From Octopus sinensis (taxonomy: Eukaryota), in assembly GCF_006345805.1 (NCBI RefSeq), contig NC_042997.1:106888001-106952000 (forward strand): a stretch of DNA of 64,000 nucleotides, written 5' to 3'. Positions 52,513 to 64,000 of this stretch are shown one piece after another. Within the stretch, counting starts at the first letter, position 1. Each line of letters begins with the position of its first letter. The notes under the pieces were generated by a model. That model made no database searches, was not told the origin of the DNA, and saw only the letters and a program-made list of their open reading frames with translations. The translations under genes were made by a program, and so were the position numbers.

Positions 52513-53516
52513 GTACATTGATGTTTGCAGATTTGGCTATGTCTTCAGTAGAATTTTGCTGGGAAGAACTTTATGAAATCCAGCCTTAAAAGGAAATAGG
52601 AAAAAAATTTCCTTACATTGCTGTCGCACAAACACATACACACACACACATGCAACTTTGGAAGTAGCCTCTTTATTTTGTACTTCTTTAATGAAGTAAT
52701 CAAGCTCTTGTTTCAAAATCTATGAAGCAGCATTATAAAAACAGGTTAGTTGCTATTTAACGTAAGATACGAAGATGTTAAGAACAGATCTAATGACTAA
52801 TTTAGCTAATATATTCTAACCTCACTTCAGGTGGGATTTTTTTAATATTGGATTTCCTTCACTTGCTAGCTCACTCATGTACTCTCTCTAAAAATACTAG
52901 TAATATCGTAAGTCCAGTCCACTGTTTACAGAGGTTGGTGCTGGGAAAGAACCTTAGCTGTAAAAAGAAACTTTGGATTATTATCATCATCATCAGATCC
53001 AAAAGCATATTATTTAAAATTCTGTAAAATAAAATACAAAGTCTGAATCATAATGAATAAAGTATGTATATGTATGTATACACACACTTTCTTTAAAATG
53101 TTGGTCCTTTCTTCTTTGTAATATAAAATTGGCAGAACAATTGGCCTGGTCATCTTAAAGAGGTTGAGTGGGAAAAGAACTTCTAATTTCTTTTTTCTTG
53201 CACACCTTTATTCTTAAAAAAAAACTTATATTTTACCTTAGTCATTTAATTCCCACCATACATACATCTAGCATTTCCTGTTGAACATAAACAGCTTTAT
53301 AATGTTTGTTTTTGCACCCTATTTACATATTGTCAATGGTTGTTACTGTTTTTGTTTTTCTTTTCATTAACATTTTATCTTAATATTTAGTTTCCAGACA
53401 CATTTTATTTTCACTGATTTAGTATTTAGGCTATTTGCCATGGAGATTTGATAATTCACTTAATTCAGATTTGTCTCTTCTGGTGGGCCATACAATCTCT
53501 CTCTTTTTTTTTCTTA

Positions 53517-53565
<49 letters not shown>

Positions 53566-53744
53566 TCATACTTACACAAGCTTGACATTGGATTAGGCAA
53601 TAATCACATTTCTAAATTGACTGACTATTCAAGTGTGAAGTAGAGTTTCTATGGGAACTAGCAGTATACGGAAAATATTCATCTTATATTGTGGATACAC
53701 TTTTTGGATATAATATTTCTTTATTGCCCACAGAGAGCTAAACA

Positions 53745-53945
53745 TAGAGGTGACAAACAGGGACGGACAAAGGGTTTAAGTCGATTACATTGACCTGAGT
53801 GAATAACTGGTACTTATTTAATTGAGCCCAAAAGGATGAAAGGCAAGGTCGACCTCAGCAGAATTTGAACTCAGAACGTAACAGCAGACAAAATACCGCT
53901 AAGCATTTCGCCCGGCATGCTAACAATTCTGCCAGTTCACTGCCT
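53745..53945 (-). mobile_element. Second abundant SINE (octopus OR1-like by recall). Further copies near 2540-3320, 6050-6190, 9841-9993, 21420-21610, 39290-39450, 39580-39780, 41340-41540, 42700-42870, 46000-46140, 48030-48220
   Basis: Shared motif GTTCTGAGTTCAAATTC…GAGGTCGAC…TTTCATCCTTT…AATAAGTACCAG. Confidence 0.8.
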
Positions 53946-54069
53946 TTTTTTTTGGATATAATATTGTCATCATCTCATAACCAAACATTACATAGAACAT
54001 ACTGAAAGTAAGGAGGATCTGGTTCTTTTATAAACCCATAAGGATTTGGTTAGATCACCTTACTTAAAA

Positions 54070-54630
54070 CCCTTTAGCATTTAAACTGGCCATATCCAGC
54101 CAAAATATTCTAGCTATTTTATGTTCAAACTAGCCAGCTCTGGTCTCTCACACCAACCTTACAAAATCATTCTAAAAATTAAGATACCTCATCAAAATCT
54201 CGAAGCTACCAGATAATGCATAATTAATTCAAAACGTGATTAAATAAGCATTACTTTTAACAGCATGATGGTTCAATGGTTTGAGCATTGGGCTCACAAT
54301 CATGAGGTAGTGAGTTTGATTCCCAGTCTGGGCTGTGTGTTGTGTTCTTAAGCAAAACACTTTATTTCATGTTGCTCCAGTTCACTCAGCTGTAAAAATG
54401 AGTTGTGACATCACTGGTACCAAGCTGTATCGGGCTTTGCTCTTCCCTTGGATAACATCGCTGGTGTGGAGAGGGGAGGATGGTATGCATGGGTGACTGC
54501 TGGTCTTCCAAAAACAAACTTGCTCGGACTTGTGCCTTGGAAGGTAACTTTCTAGGTGCAATCCCATGGTCATTCATGACCAACAATGGTCTTTATCCTT
54601 TTACTTTTAACAAATGTAAATGCTAAAGAG
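54070..54630. mobile_element. TTAA MITE family copy carrying a nested SINE
   Basis: CCCTTTAGCATTTAAACTGGCC … AATGCTAAAGAG|TTAA, split by the SINE at 54263-54600. Confidence 0.8.
54263..54600 (+). mobile_element. tRNA-derived SINE (family Y) with a 12-bp target-site duplication
   Basis: TTACTTTTAACA at 54251-62 and 54601-12; tRNA-like head and central domain GAGCAAAACACTTTATTTC…CTCAGCTG. Confidence 0.85.
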
Positions 54631-55780
54631 TTAAATTATACTTTGAGAAATTCCAGAATAGCTGAGTTATATGGTGAGTTGCTTAAGCATTTGGATTTTG
54701 GGAATACTCTCAAGGGCAAATTAGTGTAATGTAGCTCATCATTCTCTTAGCTATGTGCCAACAGGACTTGAATCCAATACAGACCATTTTTACGGTGTTA
54801 CCATTTGCTAACAAGGAAACCACTATGTAGCTTGTCAGTTTACTAGAAATAGCAACCAAGTCTTCCTCAGATTACACCTAATTGTCTCAAAAAAAAAAAA
54901 GAGGACAGACTTGGAGAATGTAGTTATGGATATACTAATACTAAAGTCACTACTAAAACATCTTTGGTCATAAATTCTGCTGGATCAGAGCTAATCCAGG
55001 TTAAGCAGCAATGTTGTTGCCACGACCTTGGATTGTGAGATTTTCCTACATTTTAGCACCTGTCTATTGACTGCTAAGTTTCCTGGACACTGACATCACA
55101 GTGTTGTTACCAGGATATGGACTGTTGACCTCTCGACTGGTTTGTCTACCTCTCTATTCATCACAGCCTAAATTTATGTAATCTCCCAGGAACTAGTTTT
55201 AAGGATGAACTAGTTTAATCATGTCTATAAATATTTAATGCATATAAATAGTACACATATCACCATTATCATCACCATCACTACTATCAATGTTATCACC
55301 TTTCCACAATTATGTTATGCATGAGATGGACAGCTGTTAACATGTTTTAACTCTTCTGAGAGCAACTTACCTCTGGGCAAAATGAGCAAGAGAAACCCAA
55401 GTTTAGGTTATTAAACACCCCATTTTCCATCACTTCCATCCTAATTTTTTTATGACCATTTTTTTCCATTCTTGCATTGGTTGGGCGGGATCTTCTCCAG
55501 CATAGAATTTCACTTGTTAGTACCCTTTATTCTCTTCATTTTTAAATTGTTCGTAATTTTAAGTTAATACTTGCTTTTCACAGTTTTTATGTACGACTTG
55601 TTTTTATTATGTTCTAAACACCAACTTAATTATGAACAGGTAATTTGAATAATTAGAAATTAACCTAATTACATATCTGAAAAACAAAGTTTTACTCTTG
55701 ATTTCAAAACTCAAAAGAAACATGACTTGCCTTGTTAACTGCCCATCACCTGAATAAAAATGAAGAGATTTGTTTTTATA

Positions 55781-55782
<2 letters not shown>

Positions 55783-55862
<80 letters not shown>
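55783..55862. repeat. (CT)n microsatellite
   Basis: About 80 bp of pure CT repeat. Confidence 0.95.
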
Positions 55863-55866
<4 letters not shown>

Positions 55867-56290
55867 TTTTTATATCATTCCTCTTCAGCTGCATATACTT
55901 TTGAAAGAGGGAGTGGATGGTTGATATCAGTCAAAGCTCCTACCGTACACTTGTCATAATCAATATGTTCTATCTCCTCTGTATCACATTCCTTCAGAGT
56001 TTTTGACCGCTTTTACTTGCTGCAAAATTCTTCAACTGTCATGTAATATAATGTTAATTTTATTAAGATAGGTTCGCATTCCTTTGTAGTATTTTGAAGT
56101 TGCTTTCTTTAAATTTTTGCTCACACGCATATGCATTATCATTTAACATCCTTCTTCCGTGCTGGCACGAGCTGGACAGTTTGACAGGAGCTGGCAAGGC
56201 AGAAGCCTGCACCATGCTTCTGTGTATGTTTTGACATAGTTTTTACTGTTGATTATATATGTACATTAATTTTATGTATGTATGTATATA

Positions 56291-56803
56291 CCGTAAATCC
56301 TCGAGTATAGTCCCCCCTTGAGTATAATACATGGGATTTTTAGGGGGCGGTACCTCTGAAAAACCTAAACCTTGTGTATAATATGCAACCCGTCTCTAAA
56401 TTGAGTCAAGGAGGCTTATATAACGTTCTTGGTTTGTAAAAATGTATACGGTAATATCCTATATTATTATTATTGTATATATAACATAATGCAAACGTGT
56501 AGCATTTTTGTGCATTTTGTTTGCAGAAAATAAAGAAATAACAGTAATAACATTTTATAAATGTTGCTTACTGCAAGTTATGGATGATTCTTATGACTTC
56601 ATTGCTTTCAGGCTTAGCTTAAGGTATTTTCACGCCCGACATCACAAAATGTGTCTGAATAAACATTGCCGGACAGCAAATAGAAACTCGGACATTGCTT
56701 AGAAAATATTTTTCATTTTTAACCTTGTATATAGTACGCACTAGGGATTTTGACCGTTAAATTTTTTGGGGGGGAAATGCGGATTATACTCAAGGATTTA
56801 CGG
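56291..56803. mobile_element. TA-flanked MITE of the Tc1/mariner-pogo superfamily (Tc2/Kanga-like CCGTA ends)
   Basis: TA|CCGTAAATCCTCGAGTATAGTCC … GGATTATACTCAAGGATTTACGG|TA. TIRs of about 23 bp with 2 mismatches; TA target duplication at 56289-90 and 56804-05. Confidence 0.85.
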
Positions 56804-57827
56804 TATATGAAATGTCAAGTTATATATCCTTTTTCCTATTCTTTCTGTCACACTGTAGGAACGTGGAAGGAGAAAGTAGTAGCTGTGCTGGGAGAGCATA
56901 GAAATAATGTAGATGTAGGTTAGATAGCTACATAGGTAAGAGATAGGCAAACAGGTGAATAGATGGAATAAAACAAGAAAATAGAGCAAGGCTTGAAGCA
57001 GAAAGGTTAAGAATTTAATGAAAATCAATAAACCTCAACTTTTTTCTACCGTTAATCTCTCCCTATTACTCATGATTGACATCCATCACTTCTATCTCCC
57101 AACACTCATTTTCACTTCTCTCTCTCTCTCTCCGTCTAGCTCCTTCCTATAGTTTTCTCATGCCCAGTCATGCTATTTGTATCTAATCTCTTTACCAACA
57201 ATTACAGTTGCCTGTCAGTCCATCGTTTCCTTATACTGTGTTTTCTGTTACTCTCTTACTCTGGTTCTCTTTCATGCCCTTCACAAAGGACAAGCTGGTC
57301 CTTGGGCACTAGTGAATAAAAGAAGACAATGAGGGGAACTACCAAGGACAGGGCAACCTCTAGTACTGGTACTACAATGAAATGTCCTCTTTATATCCAG
57401 TTAAATGCACCAAAAGTGGGATGTATCAGCAAGATATGATTCCTACCTGTTTAACCAATTGCAGCACAGAAAGGCTGATGTAAAATGATGGTGATTATGC
57501 TAATATGTGCATGTATGCATGAACGTACAAACACACATACACACACACACACACACACAACCCAGGTTATGAGATTGTTAGAGTTGAGTAAGATGCCATA
57601 TAGTATCTGTTCTGGCTCTTTGTGTTCCCACAGCAATGATTACAATGACACTGGTGCCAAGCTATTTTGGCCCAACTTGGTGGCCTTTCCCTTGGATAAA
57701 CATCAGTAATAAAGAAGGGAATCTTGCCTTAGTGGGCAACAGCTAGCCTTCTTCAAAAACATCTTGTCCAGGACCACACACTTACACACATACACTATGT
57801 ATAAATAAACAGTCCTGTACATGCAAT

Positions 57828-57830
57828 GTT

Positions 57831-57883
<53 letters not shown>

Positions 57884-57916
57884 GTATATATATGTATATA
57901 TATATATATGTGTATA

Positions 57917-57952
<36 letters not shown>
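57828..57952. repeat. (TG)n(TA)n compound microsatellite. Similar tracts at 24677-24734, 25235-25272, 29950-30013, 38437-38512, 51712-51754, 59334-59367
   Basis: Direct reading. Confidence 0.95.
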
Positions 57953-57955
<3 letters not shown>

Positions 57956-58271
57956 CAATGGGACAGTATAAATATTTAACTATTTAGTCAATAACAAACT
58001 TAGTATTTGCTAATTCTCCTATTCATCAAGTTTACCAAGTGTGATGATAAATATCATTAGTCTATTATTTATCTCTTACAGACATAAATGCTTTGGCTGT
58101 TATTTTTCTTCTTAACTTTGCCCACCACCACCACTCTGCTCTCAGTAGTGATAAACTTATCTTGTAAGCTATCTTATTATTGTGATAAACTTATCTAAAT
58201 AAATACATTCATAAAAGTGAATAGATAATAAATACTTTTATTTCCTGTTGCAACACACTGTTTTTTTTAAA

Positions 58272-58620
58272 CCTTTTTGCTGCTAATACATTTGAGATCA
58301 CCTCTGATTTTATGATACAAAACCTCTTGTTTGAAAGTGTTCATATTTAAAAACATATTTTTATGTGACCTTCTTGTTGCCTTATTTCTCTTGAAATATA
58401 CTGATTCGTTAACTATATTTCTGCTTCAAATATATTGCCTTTATTTCAATTAATTTTGAATATAGGTAACAATTTAAGAACTTTGTCCATTATTAAGCTA
58501 GTATTTGAATTATGAATTAACTTGAAATTTTGATAGAAGGTTTTAATTTAAATCATTTTAAAACACAAGCTTTTTATCATAGAACCAAAGGTAGTCTCAG
58601 ACTGATTAGTATCAAAAAGC
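58272..58620. mobile_element. Second TTAA-type MITE subfamily (partial relative at 47899-48030)
   Basis: Ends CCTTTTTGCTGCTAAT … ATTAGTATCAAAAAGC|TTAA. Shares GAGACCACC…ATGATACAAA with 47899-48030. Confidence 0.55.
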
Positions 58621-59207
58621 TTAAGAACTTTTCATTTAGTTATGTTCAAAGCATAATAATGATAAAGTTCCAATTTAAAGTTTAATTACAATTCTAAATT
58701 CTTGATTATTTTCAAAATTATAATTTCTAAAACACTTAGCAGTGTACTTCATTAAAAATATGGTCATAAAAGAGCTCTAAGCAAACATTCTAGTACCCTA
58801 AATGATCGTTATCTGTTGGCTGGAAAAATGGAGTTGAATACTAATCACATCTTTAGATGGTTGGTGGAGAATATGTGCAATGCAGGTCCAGGAGATGCTC
58901 TGATCATCAATCTGATGAAATATAGCTTAGTATCATCTGGAGATCTTTCATAACAAATATTTATCTTTATCTTTTGCATCTCTCAATCACTGAACTGTGA
59001 CCATACTGGAGCACTGTCTTTAAAGGTTTAGTTACACAAATTGATCCCAGGACTTATTTCTTTAAGTCACTTATTCTATCAGTCTCTTTTGCTGAACCTC
59101 TAAATTACAGGGGCATAAACAAACCAACACTGGTTGTGAAGCAGTGGAAGAACAAATACAGACATACACACACATATGCATCTTGGATCTTTCCTTTTCC
59201 TATGTTT

Positions 59208-59235
59208 CTGACGAAGAGCTCTGCTCGAAACATTA
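59208..59235 (+). ncRNA. Degenerate minimal hammerhead motif in a Penelope-like terminal fragment (about 59178-59335)
   Basis: CTGACGA-A-GAGC TCT GCTC-GAAAC ATTA. Stem II is perfect; stem III is broken (AACATT rather than the palindromic AACGTT). Confidence 0.5.
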
Positions 59236-59330
59236 AATCCTCCTTTTCCTTTCTTGAGCGTCCAATAACACTATACTTGTTCCACGTCCTCGCGTTGTTG
59301 TGTTTTCTCTTTGTGTTTTCATGTTTGGAT

Positions 59331-59369
<39 letters not shown>

Positions 59370-59711
59370 CAGGCTTCCTGAAACCACTTAGTTGCCAAGT
59401 AAACTTCTTCACCACACAACTATACTTATTAATAATTCTTCCAATTCTTTGACTTAGCCTTTGCAACAAGCGAAATTGCCTGTTTGAGATGTAGGAAGAA
59501 TAAAATTAGCCAAAGACTGCAGACTGCATGCTTGAGACCTTGAGTTAAAAAGCCATCATCAAACATAAGTTGGATCTAACTATCAGCTGGGCTTTTGTAA
59601 AGATTGTCCTATGATCCTCATTGGTAAGAATGGTCAGGCATGTTTTTCCCTATCTGGCATCTATGATGAAAGACATTGTGAACAAAGTAGAATATACAAA
59701 GGGTGACAATA

Positions 59712-59897
59712 CCTCCTTAGCATTTAAACTGGCCATATCCAACCCAGATATTTTGTTTTCTGTTCAGACTGGCCAGATCTGACCTCTCACATCTATCTTA
59801 TAATGCCACTCTAAAAATAAGCAATCATATCACTGAGATCTTGAAAGTACAAAATGATGAGCATTAGATTTGACAGAATTATCTGAGTGCTAAAGGG
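59712..59897. mobile_element. Decayed, shortened copy of the TTAA MITE family
   Basis: CCTTAGCATTTAAACTGGCCATATCC … GCTAAAGGG|TTAA. Confidence 0.7.
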
Positions 59898-61457
59898 TTA
59901 AAGAATGTGATGACAAACAATAAGTCCTGCTATCTAGAAAAGTTCTTATATAAAGTGAGAGTGGTTTATTGGATATTTTGAGTGAAACCTGCTTCAGCTT
60001 ATAGCTGAAACCAAAGGGTTTGGCATGAGTGAAAAGTCAAACTTTTTAGTTTCAAGTGTAAGTTGAAGGTGAGTATAGTTGTAATAGTTATTCCCTCCTA
60101 GTAGAGGGTTCTGTTTTATATTACTATCTTATATTTTTAGAATTAATAAATACACAATCACAGAAACATATGAAATATTTATGTTAATATGTTTGTATTG
60201 TAAGGTGACAAATTAACAGAATCATTGGGGCAACAAATTATATTTCAACCTCACTGACCTCAGCTTTGCCTTTATTCATTGACCTTGGGTTAATAAAGTA
60301 CCAGTCCCTTCCAGGAGTTGATTGTTCTCTTTTTTTTTGTTCTCCTCCAGACAGTGTATTGTGGCCAACACTATCCAATTTTTAAGACACAAATTTGGCC
60401 AGTCTTACAGTAAAATAATGATACATTATGGGAATATCTTACTGATAGAAATATTAGCAAAATATTTTCCTCTACTGTTACTAACTGTTGAGATAGGGTA
60501 GGATTGCCTGAAACCATTTATCAGAGCATCAGGACTAGACATTTTCATTCCTAAACTTGTAACTTTCACCACTTCGTATTAGTTTTCACACTGATTACAA
60601 AGAAATTATTAGAACGATCTTCTTAATGTCATGACAATAATAAACAAATCCTGCCCAGCTGTTAAGCAGTTTGTCTGATAGAGAGAGGGGTGTATGTGAA
60701 ATGTATGTTGCTTTGAAGTATAACAGCTATTATTAAACCCAAAGCTATCTAAGTGGTACTTTGTGTGTGTGTGTGTGTGTGTGTGTGTTGCATCTACATT
60801 TGTTCATGCATGGATTGGGTGGTTCTACAATTGGGTAAGCCTCTTGAAATAACGAGAACACATGCTTTTTTACATCTCAATGTATTTTGCAAGGTTAATC
60901 ATTCTTGGATATCTATTTTCAGCATTGTTGAGACAAGTAGAACAATATATTTGTGTATTTTGTTTCACAATAGCAAAGGGTACAGAATTTGAACTAGTGA
61001 CTTCATAACATAATCATCTACCCTCTTGAAATATAACCAAACCCAACAAACTGTGATTTATTTACTTTTGCTAAAGCACTGTTTTTGCAAATAATCTTTT
61101 TGGCTTAATGACATTTAATTCCATTTCTCTTCAAACTTACCTCTAGAGTAGGTAACAGTAATTCATATCTCCTATAATCCTTGGAAAGAAATCCTTATTT
61201 GCTTATCTTATGAAATACAAGTATTTTGTTAATCAGAAATTTTAATGACTAGCACACCCGCAGTATGTCATCCACTAGTTTGGTTTTTTTTTGTTTTGTT
61301 TTTTTCAATTTTTATTCATTTATTATTTTTTTTATTGGAAGTATTTGGCTAAGTCATATATTTGACTTATTTGAAATATTTTCTTTTTCTCTAATACATA
61401 TATATTATAATTTGTCATATATTTAATGAGTTTTACTTTCTTCTCTTTTTTTAATAG

Positions 61458-62645
61458 ATGAAAGAGGCAAGCAAATCTTGTTCAGATCTGGATCTAGAAG
61501 TTGGTTCCAATATGGCAGAGGATGACCAGTGTGTTGTGCCTGGCCAGCTTATCTATAAGCTACGTCAGCAACTTATTGAAAAAGACAATGCTATAAAGCA
61601 GCTTGGCAGCGAATATGACCACAATCTTTCCAAAGTCTTATCTAGCCTTCTGTACTTAGAAGGCAAACTGCACCGGGAACAAAAGAATATTGTACGCCTG
61701 ATGGAGCAGAAAGACAGTGTAATCAGTCGTCAAGACCTACAAATAAAACAGTTATATAAACGGATATATATTTTACAATCTTCAATAACTGATATCCAAA
61801 GTAAAATGGACTCTAATGGAATGACTCAGTCTATGCATGAGAAATATTCAGTGAACTCTTCAGACTTAGCAAGTAGCACTAAGTCAGATATAACTAGCAA
61901 AAGATCTGAGAAATATTCTAGTAATTCTGACATGACAAGTTCTCAGTCGAATATAAACTCTAACATGAACTCCAGCGTAACAAATATCAGTGGCAATGAA
62001 GGAAATTCTATTTTTAAACAATTTAGTAAGCCTCTTCGTGATAAATTCACTCGTCACAAAAGCAGCGTGGATCTCCGCAGTTTTAAATTACTGAATGATT
62101 CAGATGGGGAATATAACCACCGAAGTATGGAGAATATCCCACAGGTAGTACGGCGTGAGAGAAAAACAAGAGATAAAGAACGATGTATGAGTATTGCAGG
62201 TTATCCAAATTTTGAAAAATTTGAAAATGATCCTGAATTGACAGCTTTTATGAATTCTTTTCATGCCACTAATCAAACATTAGCTGAAGTTTCAGGAAAC
62301 AGTGTTGAAAATTTAGCTCATTCTCAACTAGAGAAGCAGGGAGAAACAAGGGACGGGGCACCAGAAAAAGCTGGTAAGCCAACACACATACAGCTTTTGA
62401 AAGCAAAAGATGATCTCTCACCAACCAAAATCTCTCCTGCCATGACAGAACAACCAAATGGAACATCCATTCACACAAGTCACAGACATACTGAAACAAA
62501 TCCATTAAAATTCCTTCGTGATACTTTCAAACGGAAAGGGAGTCGGCAAGTTAAAAACAAAAAACAGTCATTTAACTTAAAACAGAATACAACCAAAGAC
62601 TCATTGGTAACCCTAAAGTTTAATGAAAAGCATGGAAATTCTTAG
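61458..62645 (+). CDS. Large terminal coding exon (395 codons) of an uncharacterised protein: N-terminal coiled-coil (about aa 30-115), then Ser/Asn-rich low-complexity and basic C-terminal regions
   Basis: Longest ORF by far and free of repeats. It is preceded directly by a long polypyrimidine tract and TAG (ttttactttcttctctttttttaatag|ATG). Heptad-like segment LRQQLIEKDNAIKQL...LLYLEGKLHREQKNIVRLMEQKDSVISRQDLQIKQL. Stop TAG at 62643-62645, followed by an AT-rich UTR. Family not recognised. Confidence 0.9.
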   Translation: MKEASKSCSDLDLEVGSNMAEDDQCVVPGQLIYKLRQQLIEKDNAIKQLGSEYDHNLSKVLSSLLYLEGKLHREQKNIVRLMEQKDSVISRQDLQIKQLYKRIYILQSSITDIQSKMDSNGMTQSMHEKYSVNSSDLASSTKSDITSKRSEKYSSNSDMTSSQSNINSNMNSSVTNISGNEGNSIFKQFSKPLRDKFTRHKSSVDLRSFKLLNDSDGEYNHRSMENIPQVVRRERKTRDKERCMSIAGYPNFEKFENDPELTAFMNSFHATNQTLAEVSGNSVENLAHSQLEKQGETRDGAPEKAGKPTHIQLLKAKDDLSPTKISPAMTEQPNGTSIHTSHRHTETNPLKFLRDTFKRKGSRQVKNKKQSFNLKQNTTKDSLVTLKFNEKHGNS

Positions 62646-62837
62646 CAAATTCCAATCTGTACCTTTTATAATGGTAATGGTGTGTGTGAGTGAAAAGAGT
62701 GATGACAGTGTATAAATAAGAGAGAAACAAAAACAAGAGAAAAAATAATATTGTTTCTTTTGACTTAAAATACTTTATTAAATTGATAAAGGTTATTTAA
62801 ACTTATCTTGAAACTGTCTAGCCAGCTTCCTTTTTAA

Positions 62838-62863
62838 AATAAAAATTGGTTCTAAAAAATAAA
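62838..62863 (+). terminator. Candidate polyadenylation signals (AATAAA x2)
   Basis: AATAAA at 62838-62843 and 62858-62863, about 200 nt after the stop. AT-rich context makes chance hits likely. Confidence 0.35.
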
Positions 62864-63689
62864 AATTGTAGATTTTATTGTTACAACATAAAAACCTTTA
62901 TTGATTTAATAACAACATCAACACTTATTTAAGTTTTTTTTAAATATAAAGAAAGCCCAAAAAGAAAATAAGATGAAAGTCCTGTTATATTTGGTATAAA
63001 ATAATTCTGGAACTCTGTTTTATTATGTATATACCTTGCCATCGACACAACAGGAAATTTCAGTCAATTGATACTAACAAATTTTCTGTATACCTCTAAA
63101 AAAGAAAGACATTGTGTAACAAAAACCAAGATTATTTCAAATTAAAATTCAGTAACGTATAACTTTTAAAATTATATATTGTTTTTATTTGTTTCCATAG
63201 CATGAAAAATAATTTTTTTTCTTTTGGGACTAATGTGTAAATACTTTGATAATGTATGTATGAATCATATAGTGTATGTATGTATTATATGTAGAGTGTA
63301 TATGAACATACATATTACAGAGTCAAAGAAAAGGTTACTTTATAGCATTGGATTCTAAGTTTATATCCCACCCTACATTGACATGGATAACTTATAAAGC
63401 TTCTGGTGTCAATAACATCCTTAAAAATGCTGATCTGAGTTAAAGTAGAATTGTCCTAGTATGATATTACTATAGAAGTTTCACACAGTTCTTTGACTCA
63501 CTGGTTCCTTGTTGAACCATTCAACCCATGCCAGTTTGAAAAGTAGATGTTAAATGATGATACCTGATACTGCTAAAATAATTTCATATCATTTATTGTA
63601 TATTTTCAAGTATTATATTATACTGTATATTTCGAGTATTATCTGTTTTTTCTAGATTTTAAACTTAGCAATTAAATATAAGCATTATA

Positions 63690-63830
63690 TGAGGTGGTAT
63701 CAAAAAGTTCTCAAACTAGTTCTGTAGTGTGCCAACAGATGGCAGCACATAGTTGCATGCACAGTGAGAGATAGCAGTGATATCGCTGTGTTTACTTCGC
63801 AAGTTGTGAAATTTGTGTTTTTGTGATTTA
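63690..63830 (+). mobile_element. Left end of a mariner-like element, interrupted by an RTE-type tail
   Basis: TA|TGAGGTGGTATCAAAAAGTTC resembles mariner TIRs of the CGAGG…AAAAAGTTC type. The right end is not in the window. Confidence 0.55.
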
Positions 63831-64000
63831 CATGCCACATGGCATGTAAAAAGCACCATTTGAGTGTGATCGTTGCCAGTGTCGCCTTACTGGCACGTGA
63901 AAAACATTCAAGTGAGGTCATTGCCAGCGCCGCTGGACTGGCTCCTGTGCAGGTGGCACATAAAAAAAACACCATTTGAATGTGGCCGTTGCCAGTACCG

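Overview
This is a eukaryotic, strongly AT-rich (by eye about one third GC), repeat-dense genomic window. Its interspersed repeats (tRNA-derived SINEs, RTE-type 3' tails with (GAT)n, TTAA-flanked MITEs, TA/CA microsatellites) match what I recall of octopus repeats, so a coleoid cephalopod is my inference for the source. The only unambiguous coding block is a 395-codon terminal exon (61458-62645, +) behind a strong splice acceptor, encoding an unidentified coiled-coil plus Ser/Asn-rich protein. Reading splice signals by eye suggests its N-terminus is built from a phase-compatible ladder of tiny exons (44, 16, 21/24, 18 and 30 nt). These are spread over about 48 kb and start from a CpG-rich first exon near 13.5 kb; the ORF track cannot see them. 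Other notable items are a tandem non-autonomous Helitron pair, a hidden CRE-clade retrotransposon endonuclease relic, a ~1.36 kb long inverted repeat in the first intron, three decayed minimal hammerhead ribozyme motifs, several DNA-transposon MITEs with intact ends, a chimeric SINE, and weak candidate exons of a minus-strand gene at 4-13.6 kb. Nearly all other ORFs in the track are by-products of repeats or microsatellites. All exon calls apart from the terminal exon are predictions that need transcript data.
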